In this document: positions 13,687 to 27,100 of the stretch, in pieces
Layout: each line of letters begins with the position of its first letter
How positions within the stretch are numbered: position 1 is the first letter of the stretch
DNA from: Auanema rhodensis
Taxonomy: Eukaryota; Animalia; Nematoda
Assembly (NCBI GenBank): GCA_964057225.1
Contig: OZ059900.1
Coordinates: 19,530,001 to 19,594,000, forward strand
DNA: 64,000 nucleotides
Reading direction: 5' to 3'
Translations under genes and position numbers: made by a program
Notes under the pieces: model-generated
Seen by the model: the letters and a program-made list of their open reading frames with translations, nothing else
The model's database searches: none
What the model was told of the DNA's origin: nothing

Positions 13687-16600
13687 GTTCAAACTCATGC
13701 AATGTCAATGAAACCTAGCTCAAAATTGTTAATACAATGTCTAGTTCCACTTTCACGACAAAAAAACAGGGGTTAGAAAATTAAGGAAATTAGCATATTC
13801 TGAGGGCACGCCCTTTATGGCTAATATTGATTAAATCGATTTTTGTTCATATGAGTCGTCAAATGCAACGAATTTCAGCGTGTTACATACTAAAATGAAG
13901 CATTTTACATGCTGAACACTAGAAAAATACAAAAACACAGTATTTCCCATGAGAAATATTTTATTATGCTGGAAAACCAGTTTTTGGAAATTTCGCTGTA
14001 AACAAGGTTTTGACTTACGATTTCATGTGTTCAAACTCATGCAATGTCAATGAAACCTAGCTCAAAATTGTTAATACAATGTCTAGTTCCACTTTCACGA
14101 CAAAAAAACAGGGGTTAGAAAATTAAGGAAATTAGCATATTCTGAGGGCACGCCCTTTATGGCTAATATTGATTAAATCGATTTTTGTTCATATGAGTCG
14201 TCAATTGCAACGAATTTCAGCGTGTTACATACTAAAATGAAGCATTTTACATGCTGAACACTAGAAAAATACAAAAACACAGTATTTCCCATGAGAAATA
14301 TTTTATTATGCTGGAAAACCAGTTTTTGGAAATTTCGCTGTAAACAAGGTTTTGACTTACGATTTCATGTGTTCAAACTCATGCAATGTCAATGAAACCC
14401 AGCTCAAAATTGTTCCTACAACGTCTTGTTCCACTTTCACGACAAAAAAACAGGGGTTAGAAAATTAAGGAAATTAGCATATTCTGAGGGCACGCCCCTT
14501 ATGGCTAATATTGATTAAATCGATTTTTGTTCATATGAGTCGTCAAATGCAACGAATTTCAGCGTGTTACATACTAAAATGAAGCATTTTACATGCTGAA
14601 CACTAGAAAAATACAAAAACACAGTATTTCCCATGAGAAATATTTTATTATGCTGGAAAACCAGTTTTTGGAAATTTCGCTGTAAACAAGGTTTTGACTT
14701 ACGATTTCATGTGTTCAAACTCATGCAATGTCAATGAAACCTAGCTCAAAATTGTTCGTACAACGTCTAGTTCCACTTTCACGACAAAAAAACAGGGGTT
14801 AGAAAATTAAGGAAATTAGCATATTCTGAGGGCACGCCCTTTATGGCTAATATTGATTAAATCGATTTTTGTTCATATGAGTCGTCAAATGCAACGAATT
14901 TCAGCGTGTTACATACTAAAATGAAGCATTTTACATGCTGAACACTAGAAAAATACAAAAACACAGTATTTCCCATGAGAAATATTTTATTATGCTGGAA
15001 AACCAGTTTTTGGAAATTTCGCTGTAAACAAGGTTTTGACTTACGATTTCATGTGTTCAAACTCATGCAATGTCAATGAAACCTAGCTCAAAATTGTTCC
15101 TACAACGTCTAGTTCCACTTTCACGACAAAAAAACAGGGGTTAGAAAATTAAGGAAATTAGCATATTCTGAGGGCACGCCCCTTATGGCTAATATTGATT
15201 AAATCGATTTTTGTTCATATGAGTCGTCAAATGCAACGAATTTCAGCGTGTTACATACTAAAATGAAGCATTTCACATGCTGAACACTAGAAAAATACAA
15301 AAACACAGTAATACCCATGAGAAATATTTTATTATGCTGGAAAACCAGTTTTTGGAAATTTCGCTGTAAACAAGGTTTTGACTTACGATTTCATGTGTTC
15401 AAACTCATGCAATGTCAATGAAACCTAGCTCAAAATTGTTCGTACAACGTCTGGTTCCACTTTCACGACAAAAAAACAGGGGTTAGAAAATTAAGGAAAT
15501 TAGCATATTCTGAGGGCACGCCCCTTATGGCTAATATTGATTAAATCGATTTTTGTTCATATGAGTCGTCAAATGCAACGAATTTCAGCGTGTTACATAC
15601 TAAAATGAAGCATTTCACATGCTGAACACTAGAAAAATACAAAAACACAGTATTTCCCATGAGAAATATTTTATTATGCTGGAAAACCAGTTTTTGGAAA
15701 TTTCGCTGTAAACAAGGTTTTGACTTACGATTTCATGTGTTCAAACTCATGCAATGTCAATGAAACCTAGCTCAAAATTGTTCGTACAACGTCTAGTTCC
15801 ACTTTCACGACAAAAAAACAGGGGTTAGAAAATTAAGGAAATTAGCATATTCTGAGGGCACGCCCCTTATGGCTAATATTGATTAAATCGATTTTTGTTC
15901 ATATGAGTCGTCAAATGCAACGAATTTCAGCGTGTTACATACTAAAATGAAGCATTTTACATGCTGAACACTAGAAAAATACAAAAACACAGTATTTCCC
16001 ATGAGAAATATTTTATTATGCTGGAAAACCAGTTTTTGGAAATTTCGCTGTAAACAAGGTTTTGACTTACGATTTCATGTGTTCAAACTCATGCAATGTC
16101 AATGAAACCTAGCTCAAAATTGTTCCTACAACGTCTAGTTCCACTTTCACGACAAAAAAACAGGGGTTAGAAAATTAAGGAAATTAGCATATTCTGAGGG
16201 CACGCCCTTTATGGCTAATATTGATTAAATCGATTTTTGTTCATATGAGTCGTCAAATGCAACGAATTTCAGCGTGTTACATACTAAAATGAAGCATTTC
16301 ACATGCTGAACACTAGAAAAATACAAAAACACAGTAATACCCATGAGAAATATTTTATTATGCTGGAAAACCAGTTTTTGGAAATTTCGCTGTAAACAAG
16401 GTTTTGACTTACGATTTCATGTGTTCAAACTCATGCAATGTCAATGAAACCTAGCTCAAAATTGTTCGTACAACGTCTGGTTCCACTTTCACGACAAAAA
16501 AACAGGGGTTAGAAAATTAAGGAAATTAGCATATTCTGAGGGCACGCCCCTTATGGCTAATATTGATTAAATCGATTTTTGTTCATATGAGTCGTCAAAT

Positions 16601-18135
16601 GCAACGAATTTCAGCGTGTTACATACTAAAATGAAGCATTTTACATGCTGAACACTAGAAAAATACAAAAACACAGTATTTCCCATGAGAAATATTTTAT
16701 TATGCTGGAAAACCAGTTTTTGGAAATTTCGCTGTAAACAAGGTTTTGACTTACGATTTCATGTGTTCAAACTCATGCAATGTCAATGAAACCTAGCTCA
16801 AAATTGTTCGTACAACGTCTAGTTCCACTTTCACGACAAAAAAACAGGGGTTAGAAAATTAAGGAAATTAGCATATTCTGAGGGCACGCCCCTTATGGCT
16901 AATATTGATTAAATCGATTTTTGTTCATATGAGTCGTCAAATGCAACGAATTTCAGCGTGTTACATACTAAAATGAAGCATTTTACATGCTGAACACTAG
17001 AAAAATACAAAAACACAGTAATACCCATGAGAAATATTTTATTATGCTGGAAAACCAGTTTTTGGAAATTTCGCTGTAAACAAGGTTTTGACTTACGATT
17101 TCATGTGTTCAAACTCATGCAATGTCAATGAAACCTAGCTCAAAATTGTTAATACAATGTCTAGTTCCACTTTCACGACAAAAAAACAGGGGTTAGAAAA
17201 TTAAGGAAATTAGCATATTCTGAGGGCACGCCCTTTATGGCTAATATTGATTAAATCGATTTTTGTTCATATGAGTCGTCAAATGCAACGAATTTCAGCG
17301 TGTTACATACTAAAATGAAGCATTTTACATGCTGAACACTAGAAAAATACAAAAACACAGTATTTCCCATGAGAAATATTTTATTATGCTGGAAAACCAG
17401 TTTTTGGAAATTTCGCTGTAAACAAGGTTTTGACTTACGATTTCATGTGTTCAAACTCATGCAATGTCAATGAAACCTAGCTCAAAATTGTTCGTACAAC
17501 GTCTAGTTCCACTTTCACGACTAAAAAACAGGGGTTAGAAAATTAAGGAAATTAGCATATTCTGAGGGCACGCCCCTTATGGCTAATATTGATTAAATCG
17601 ATTTTTGTTCATATGAGTCGTCAAATGCAACGAATTTCAGCGTGTTACATACTAAAATGAAGCATTTCACATGCTGAACACTAGAAAAATACAAAAACAC
17701 AGTATTTCCCATGAGAAATATTTTATTATGCTGGAAAACCAGTTTTTGGAAATTTCGCTGTAAACAAGGTTTTGACTTACGATTTCATGTGTTCAAACTC
17801 ATGCAATGTCAATGAAACCTAGCTCAAAATTGTTTGTACAACGTCTGGTTCCACTTTCACGACTAAAAAAAAACAGGGGTTAGAAAATTAAGGAAATTAG
17901 CATATTCTGAGGGCACGCCCCTTATGGCTAATATTGATTAAATCGATTTTTGTTCATATGAGTCGTCAAATGCAACGAATTTCAGCGTGTTACATACTAA
18001 AATGAAGCATTTTACATGCTGAACACTAGAAAAATACAAAAACACAGTATTTCCCATGAGAAATATTTTATTATGCTGGAAAACCAGTTTTTGGAAATTT
18101 CGCTGTAAACAAGGTTTTGACTTACGATTTCATGT
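13687..18135 (+). repeat. Third, one-monomer-shorter copy of the 15-mer block
   Basis: Same marker order (two TTAATACAATG monomers, then CCCAG/CTTGTT at 14371 ... 345-bp monomer at 17791), but the TTTTTGAAAA marker is missing. Confidence 0.85.
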
Positions 18136-21100
18136 GTTCAAACTCATGCAATGTCAATGAAACCTAGCTCAAAATTGTTCGTACAACGTCTAGTTCCACT
18201 TTCACGACAAAAAAACAGGGGTTAGAAAATTAAGGAAATTAGCATATTCTGAGGGCACGCCCCTTATGGCTAATATTGATTAAATCGATTTTTGTTCATA
18301 TGAGTCGTCAAATGCAACGAATTTCAGCGTGTTACATACTAAAATGAAGCATTTTACATGCTGAACACTAGAAAAATACAAAAACACAGTAATACCCATG
18401 AGAAATATTTTATTATGCTGGAAAACCAGTTTTTGGAAATTTCGCTGTAAACAAGGTTTTGACTTACGATTTCATGTGTTCAAACTCATGCAATGTCAAT
18501 GAAACCTAGCTCAAAATTGTTAATACAATGTCTAGTTCCACTTTCACGACAAAAAAACAGGGGTTAGAAAATTAAGGAAATTAGCATATTCTGAGGGCAC
18601 GCCCTTTATGGCTAATATTGATTAAATCGATTTTTGTTCATATGAGTCGTCAAATGCAACGAATTTCAGCGTGTTACATACTAAAATGAAGCATTTTACA
18701 TGCTGAACACTAGAAAAATACAAAAACACAGTATTTCCCATGAGAAATATTTTATTATGCTGGAAAACCAGTTTTTGGAAATTTCGCTGTAAACAAGGTT
18801 TTGACTTACGATTTCATGTGTTCAAACTCATGCAATGTCAATGAAACTTAGCTCAAAATTGTTCCTACAACGTCTAGTTCCACTTTCACGACAAAAAAAC
18901 AGGGGTTAGAAAATTAAGGAAATTAGCATATTCTGAGGGCACGCCCTTTATGGCTAATATTGATTAAATCGATTTTTGTTCATATGAGTCGTCAAATGCA
19001 ACGAATTTCAGCGTGTTACATACTAAAATGAAGCATTTTACATGCTGAACACTAGAAAAATACAAAAACACAGTATTTCCCATGAGAAATATTTTATTAT
19101 GCTGGAAAACCAGTTTTTGGAAATTTCGCTGTAAACAAGGTTTTGACTTACGATTTCATGTGTTCAAACTCATGCAATGTCAATGAAACCTAGCTCAAAA
19201 TTGTTCGTACAACGTCTAGTTCCACTTTCACGACAAAAAAACAGGGGTTAGAAAATTAAGGAAATTAGCATATTCTGAGGGCACGCCCCCTATGGCTAAT
19301 ATTGATTAAATCGATTTTTGTTCATATGAGTCGTCAAATGCAACGAATTTCAGCGTGTTACATACTAAAATGAAGCATTTTACATGCTGAACACTAGAAA
19401 AATACAAAAACACAGTATTTCCCATGAGAAATATTTTATTATGCTGGAAAACCAGTTTTTGGAAATTTCGCTGTAAACAAGGTTTTGACTTACGATTTCA
19501 TGTGTTCAAACTCATGCAATGTCAATGAAACCTAGCTCAAAATTGTTCCTACAACGTCTAGTTCCACTTTCACGACAAAAAAACAGGGGTTAGAAAATTA
19601 AGGAAATTAGCATATTCTGAGGGCACGCCCTTTATGGCTAATATTGATTAAATCGATTTTTGTTCATATGAGTCGTCAAATGCAACGAATTTCAGCGTGT
19701 TACATACTAAAATGAAGCATTTCACATGCTGAACACTAGAAAAATACAAAAACACAGTAATACCCATGAGAAATATTTTATTATGCTGGAAAACCAGTTT
19801 TTGGAAATTTCGCTGTAAACAAGGTTTTGACTTACGATTTCATGTGTTCAAACTCATGCAATGTCAATGAAACCTAGCTCAAAATTGTTCGTACAACGTC
19901 TGGTTCCACTTTCACGACAAAAAAACAGGGGTTAGAAAATTAAGGAAATTAGCATATTCTGAGGGCACGCCCCTTATGGCTAATATTGATTAAATCGATT
20001 TTTGTTCATATGAGTCGTCAAATGCAACGAATTTCAGCGTGTTACATACTAAAATGAAGCATTTCACATGCTGAACACTAGAAAAATACAAAAACACAGT
20101 ATTTCCCATGAGAAATATTTTATTATGCTGGAAAACCAGTTTTTGGAAATTTCGCTGTAAACAAGGTTTTGACTTACGATTTCATGTGTTCAAACTCATG
20201 CAATGTCAATGAAACCTAGCTCAAAATTGTTCGTACAACGTCTAGTTCCACTTTCACGACAAAAAAACAGGGGTTAGAAAATTAAGGAAATTAGCATATT
20301 CTGAGGGCACGCCCCTTATGGCTAATATTGATTAAATCGATTTTTGTTCATATGAGTCGTCAAATGCAACGAATTTCAGCGTGTTACATACTAAAATGAA
20401 GCATTTTACATGCTGAACACTAGAAAAATACAAAAACACAGTATTTCCCATGAGAAATATTTTATTATGCTGGAAAACCAGTTTTTGGAAATTTCGCTGT
20501 AAACAAGGTTTTGACTTACGATTTCATGTGTTCAAACTCATGCAATGTCAATGAAACCTAGCTCAAAATTGTTCCTACAACGTCTAGTTCCACTTTCACG
20601 ACAAAAAAACAGGGGTTAGAAAATTAAGGAAATTAGCATATTCTGAGGGCACGCCCTTTATGGCTAATATTGATTAAATCGATTTTTGTTCATATGAGTC
20701 GTCAAATGCAACGAATTTCAGCGTGTTACATACTAAAATGAAGCATTTCACATGCTGAACACTAGAAAAATACAAAAACACAGTAATACCCATGAGAAAT
20801 ATTTTATTATGCTGGAAAACCAGTTTTTGGAAATTTCGCTGTAAACAAGGTTTTGACTTACGATTTCATGTGTTCAAACTCATGCAATGTCAATGAAACC
20901 TAGCTCAAAATTGTTCGTACAACGTCTGGTTCCACTTTCACGACAAAAAAACAGGGGTTAGAAAATTAAGGAAATTAGCATATTCTGAGGGCACGCCCCT
21001 TATGGCTAATATTGATTAAATCGATTTTTGTTCATATGAGTCGTCAAATGCAACGAATTTCAGCGTGTTACATACTAAAATGAAGCATTTTACATGCTGA

Positions 21101-24100
21101 ACACTAGAAAAATACAAAAACACAGTATTTCCCATGAGAAATATTTTATTATGCTGGAAAACCAGTTTTTGGAAATTTCGCTGTAAACAAGGTTTTGACT
21201 TACGATTTCATGTGTTCAAACTCATGCAATGTCAATGAAACCTAGCTCAAAATTGTTCGTACAACGTCTAGTTCCACTTTCACGACAAAAAAACAGGGGT
21301 TAGAAAATTAAGGAAATTAGCATATTCTGAGGGCACGCCCCTTATGGCTAATATTGATTAAATCGATTTTTGTTCATATGAGTCGTCAAATGCAACGAAT
21401 TTCAGCGTGTTACATACTAAAATGAAGCATTTCACATGCTGAACACTAGAAAAATACAAAAACACAGTATTTCCCATGAGAAATATTTTATTATGCTGGA
21501 AAACCAGTTTTTGGAAATTTCGCTGTAAACAAGGTTTTGACTTACGATTTCATGTGTTCAAACTCATGCAATGTCAATGAAACCTAGCTCAAAATTGTTC
21601 GTACAACGTCTGGTTCCACTTTCACGACTAAAAAAAAACAGGGGTTAGAAAATTAAGGAAATTAGCATATTCTGAGGGCACGCCCCTTATGGCTAATATT
21701 GATTAAATCGATTTTTGTTCATATGAGTCGTCAAATGCAACGAATTTCAGCGTGTTACATACTAAAATGAAGCATTTTACATGCTGAACACTAGAAAAAT
21801 ACAAAAACACAGTATTTCCCATGAGAAATATTTTATTATGCTGGAAAACCAGTTTTTGGAAATTTCGCTGTAAACAAGGTTTTGACTTACGATTTCATGT
21901 GTTCAAACTCATGCAATGTCAATGAAACCTAGCTCAAAATTGTTCGTACAACGTCTAGTTCCACTTTCACGACAAAAAAACAGGGGTTAGAAAATTAAGG
22001 AAATTAGCATATTCTGAGGGCACGCCCCCTATGGCTAATATTGATTAAATCGATTTTTGTTCATATGAGTCGTCAAATGCAACGAATTTCAGCGTGTTAC
22101 ATACTAAAATGAAGCATTTTACATGCTGAACACTAGAAAAATACAAAAACACAGTATTTCCCATGAGAAATATTTTATTATGCTGGAAAACCAGTTTTTG
22201 GAAATTTCGCTGTAAACAAGGTTTTGACTTACGATTTCATGTGTTCAAACTCATGCAATGTCAATGAAACCTAGCTCAAAATTGTTCCTACAACGTCTAG
22301 TTCCACTTTCACGACAAAAAAACAGGGGTTAGAAAATTAAGGAAATTAGCATATTCTGAGGGCACGCCCTTTATGGCTAATATTGATTAAATCGATTTTT
22401 GTTCATATGAGTCGTCAAATGCAACGAATTTCAGCGTGTTACATACTAAAATGAAGCATTTCACATGCTGAACACTAGAAAAATACAAAAACACAGTAAT
22501 ACCCATGAGAAATATTTTATTATGCTGGAAAACCAGTTTTTGGAAATTTCGCTGTAAACAAGGTTTTGACTTACGATTTCATGTGTTCAAACTCATGCAA
22601 TGTCAATGAAACCTAGCTCAAAATTGTTTGTACAACGTCTGGTTCCACTTTCACGACTAAAAAAAAACAGGGGTTAGAAAATTAAGGAAATTAGCATATT
22701 CTGAGGGCACGCCCCTTATGGCTAATATTGATTAAATCGATTTTTGTTCATATGAGTCGTCAAATGCAACGAATTTCAGCGTGTTACATACTAAAATGAA
22801 GCATTTTACATGCTGAACACTAGAAAAATACAAAAACACAGTATTTCCCATGAGAAATATTTTATTATGCTGGAAAACCAGTTTTTGGAAATTTCGCTGT
22901 AAACAAGGTTTTGACTTACGATTTCATGTGTTCAAACTCATGCAATGTCAATGAAACCTAGCTCAAAATTGTTCCTACAACGTCTAGTTCCACTTTCACG
23001 ACAAAAAAACAGGGGTTAGAAAATTAAGGAAATTAGCATATTCTGAGGGCACGCCCTTTATGGCTAATATTGATTAAATCGATTTTTGTTCATATGAGTC
23101 GTCAAATGCAACGAATTTCAGCGTGTTACATACTAAAATGAAGCATTTCACATGCTGAACACTAGAAAAATACAAAAACACAGTAATACCCATGAGAAAT
23201 ATTTTATTATGCTGGAAAACCAGTTTTTGGAAATTTCGCTGTAAACAAGGTTTTGACTTACGATTTCATGTGTTCAAACTCATGCAATGTCAATGAAACC
23301 TAGCTCAAAATTGTTCGTACAACGTCTGGTTCCACTTTCACGACAAAAAAACAGGGGTTAGAAAATTAAGGAAATTAGCATATTCTGAGGGCACGCCCCT
23401 TATGGCTAATATTGATTAAATCGATTTTTGTTCATATGAGTCGTCAAATGCAACGAATTTCAGCGTGTTACATACTAAAATGAAGCATTTTACATGCTGA
23501 ACACTAGAAAAATACAAAAACACAGTATTTCCCATGAGAAATATTTTATTATGCTGGAAAACCAGTTTTTGGAAATTTCGCTGTAAACAAGGTTTTGACT
23601 TACGATTTCATGTGTTCAAACTCATGCAATGTCAATGAAACCTAGCTCAAAATTGTTCGTACAACGTCTAGTTCCACTTTCACGACAAAAAAACAGGGGT
23701 TAGAAAATTAAGGAAATTAGCATATTCTGAGGGCACGCCCCTTATGGCTAATATTGATTAAATCGATTTTTGTTCATATGAGTCGTCAAATGCAACGAAT
23801 TTCAGCGTGTTACATACTAAAATGAAGCATTTCACATGCTGAACACTAGAAAAATACAAAAACACAGTATTTCCCATGAGAAATATTTTATTATGCTGGA
23901 AAACCAGTTTTTGGAAATTTCGCTGTAAACAAGGTTTTGACTTACGATTTCATGTGTTCAAACTCATGCAATGTCAATGAAACCTAGCTCAAAATTGTTC
24001 GTACAACGTCTGGTTCCACTTTCACGACTAAAAAAAAACAGGGGTTAGAAAATTAAGGAAATTAGCATATTCTGAGGGCACGCCCCTTATGGCTAATATT

Positions 24101-27100
24101 GATTAAATCGATTTTTGTTCATATGAGTCGTCAAATGCAACGAATTTCAGCGTGTTACATACTAAAATGAAGCATTTTACATGCTGAACACTAGAAAAAT
24201 ACAAAAACACAGTATTTCCCATGAGAAATATTTTATTATGCTGGAAAACCAGTTTTTGGAAATTTCGCTGTAAACAAGGTTTTGACTTACGATTTCATGT
24301 GTTCAAACTCATGCAATGTCAATGAAACCTAGCTCAAAATTGTTCGTACAACGTCTAGTTCCACTTTCACGACAAAAAAACAGGGGTTAGAAAATTAAGG
24401 AAATTAGCATATTCTGAGGGCACGCCCCCTATGGCTAATATTGATTAAATCGATTTTTGTTCATATGAGTCGTCAAATGCAACGAATTTCAGCGTGTTAC
24501 ATACTAAAATGAAGCATTTTACATGCTGAACACTAGAAAAATACAAAAACACAGTATTTCCCATGAGAAATATTTTATTATGCTGGAAAACCAGTTTTTG
24601 GAAATTTCGCTGTAAACAAGGTTTTGACTTACGATTTCATGTGTTCAAACTCATGCAATGTCAATGAAACCTAGCTCAAAATTGTTCCTACAACGTCTAG
24701 TTCCACTTTCACGACAAAAAAACAGGGGTTAGAAAATTAAGGAAATTAGCATATTCTGAGGGCACGCCCTTTATGGCTAATATTGATTAAATCGATTTTT
24801 GTTCATATGAGTCGTCAAATGCAACGAATTTCAGCGTGTTACATACTAAAATGAAGCATTTCACATGCTGAACACTAGAAAAATACAAAAACACAGTAAT
24901 ACCCATGAGAAATATTTTATTATGCTGGAAAACCAGTTTTTGGAAATTTCGCTGTAAACAAGGTTTTGACTTACGATTTCATGTGTTCAAACTCATGCAA
25001 TGTCAATGAAACCTAGCTCAAAATTGTTTGTACAACGTCTGGTTCCACTTTCACGACTAAAAAAAAACAGGGGTTAGAAAATTAAGGAAATTAGCATATT
25101 CTGAGGGCACGCCCCTTATGGCTAATATTGATTAAATCGATTTTTGTTCATATGAGTCGTCAAATGCAACGAATTTCAGCGTGTTACATACTAAAATGAA
25201 GCATTTTACATGCTGAACACTAGAAAAATACAAAAACACAGTATTTCCCATGAGAAATATTTTATTATGCTGGAAAACCAGTTTTTGGAAATTTCGCTGT
25301 AAACAAGGTTTTGACTTACGATTTCATGTGTTCAAACTCATGCAATGTCAATGAAACCTAGCTCAAAATTGTTCGTACAACGTCTAGTTCCACTTTCACG
25401 ACAAAAAAACAGAGGTTAGAAAATTAAGGAAATTAGCATATTCTGAGGGCACGCCCCTTATGGCTAATATTGATTAAATCGATTTTTGTTCATATGAGTC
25501 GTCAAATGCAACGAATTTCAGCGTGTTACATACTAAAATGAAGCATTTTACATGCTGAACACTAGAAAAATACAAAAACACAGTAATACCCATGAGAAAT
25601 ATTTTATTATGCTGGAAAACCAGTTTTTGGAAATTTCGCTGTAAACAAGGTTTTGACTTACGATTTCATGTGTTCAAACTCATGCAATGTCAATGAAACC
25701 TAGCTCAAAATTGTTAATACAATGTCTAGTTCCACTTTCACGACAAAAAAACAGGGGTTAGAAAATTAAGGAAATTAGCATATTCTGAGGGCACGCCCTT
25801 TATGGCTAATATTGATTAAATCGATTTTTGTTCATATGAGTCGTCAAATGCAACGAATTTCAGCGTGTTACATACTAAAATGAAGCATTTTACATGCTGA
25901 ACACTAGAAAAATACAAAAACACAGTATTTCCCATGAGAAATATTTTATTATGCTGGAAAACCAGTTTTTGGAAATTTCGCTGTAAACAAGGTTTTGACT
26001 TACGATTTCATGTGTTCAAACTCATGCAATGTCAATGAAACCTAGCTCAAAATTGTTCCTACAACGTCTAGTTCCACTTTCACGACAAAAAAACAGGGGT
26101 TAGAAAATTAAGGAAATTAGCATATTCTGAGGGCACGCCCTTTATGGCTAATATTGATTAAATCGATTTTTGTTCATATGAGTCGTCAAATGCAACGAAT
26201 TTCAGCGTGTTACATACTAAAATGAAGCATTTTACATGCTGAACACTAGAAAAATACAAAAACACAGTATTTCCCATGAGAAATATTTTATTATGCTGGA
26301 AAACCAGTTTTTGGAAATTTCGCTGTAAACAAGGTTTTGACTTACGATTTCATGTGTTCAAACTCATGCAATGTCAATGAAACCTAGCTCAAAATTGTTC
26401 GTACAACGTCTAGTTCCACTTTCACGACAAAAAAACAGGGGTTAGAAAATTAAGGAAATTAGCATATTCTGAGGGCACGCCCCCTATGGCTAATATTGAT
26501 TAAATCGATTTTTGTTCATATGAGTCGTCAAATGCAACGAATTTCAGCGTGTTACATACTAAAATGAAGCATTTTACATGCTGAACACTAGAAAAATACA
26601 AAAACACAGTATTTCCCATGAGAAATATTTTATTATGCTGGAAAACCAGTTTTTGGAAATTTCGCTGTAAACAAGGTTTTGACTTACGATTTCATGTGTT
26701 CAAACTCATGCAATGTCAATGAAACCTAGCTCAAAATTGTTCCTACAACGTCTAGTTCCACTTTCACGACAAAAAAACAGGGGTTAGAAAATTAAGGAAA
26801 TTAGCATATTCTGAGGGCACGCCCTTTATGGCTAATATTGATTAAATCGATTTTTGTTCATATGAGTCGTCAAATGCAACGAATTTCAGCGTGTTACATA
26901 CTAAAATGAAGCATTTCACATGCTGAACACTAGAAAAATACAAAAACACAGTAATACCCATGAGAAATATTTTATTATGCTGGAAAACCAGTTTTTGGAA
27001 ATTTCGCTGTAAACAAGGTTTTGACTTACGATTTCATGTGTTCAAACTCATGCAATGTCAATGAAACCTAGCTCAAAATTGTTCGTACAACGTCTGGTTC

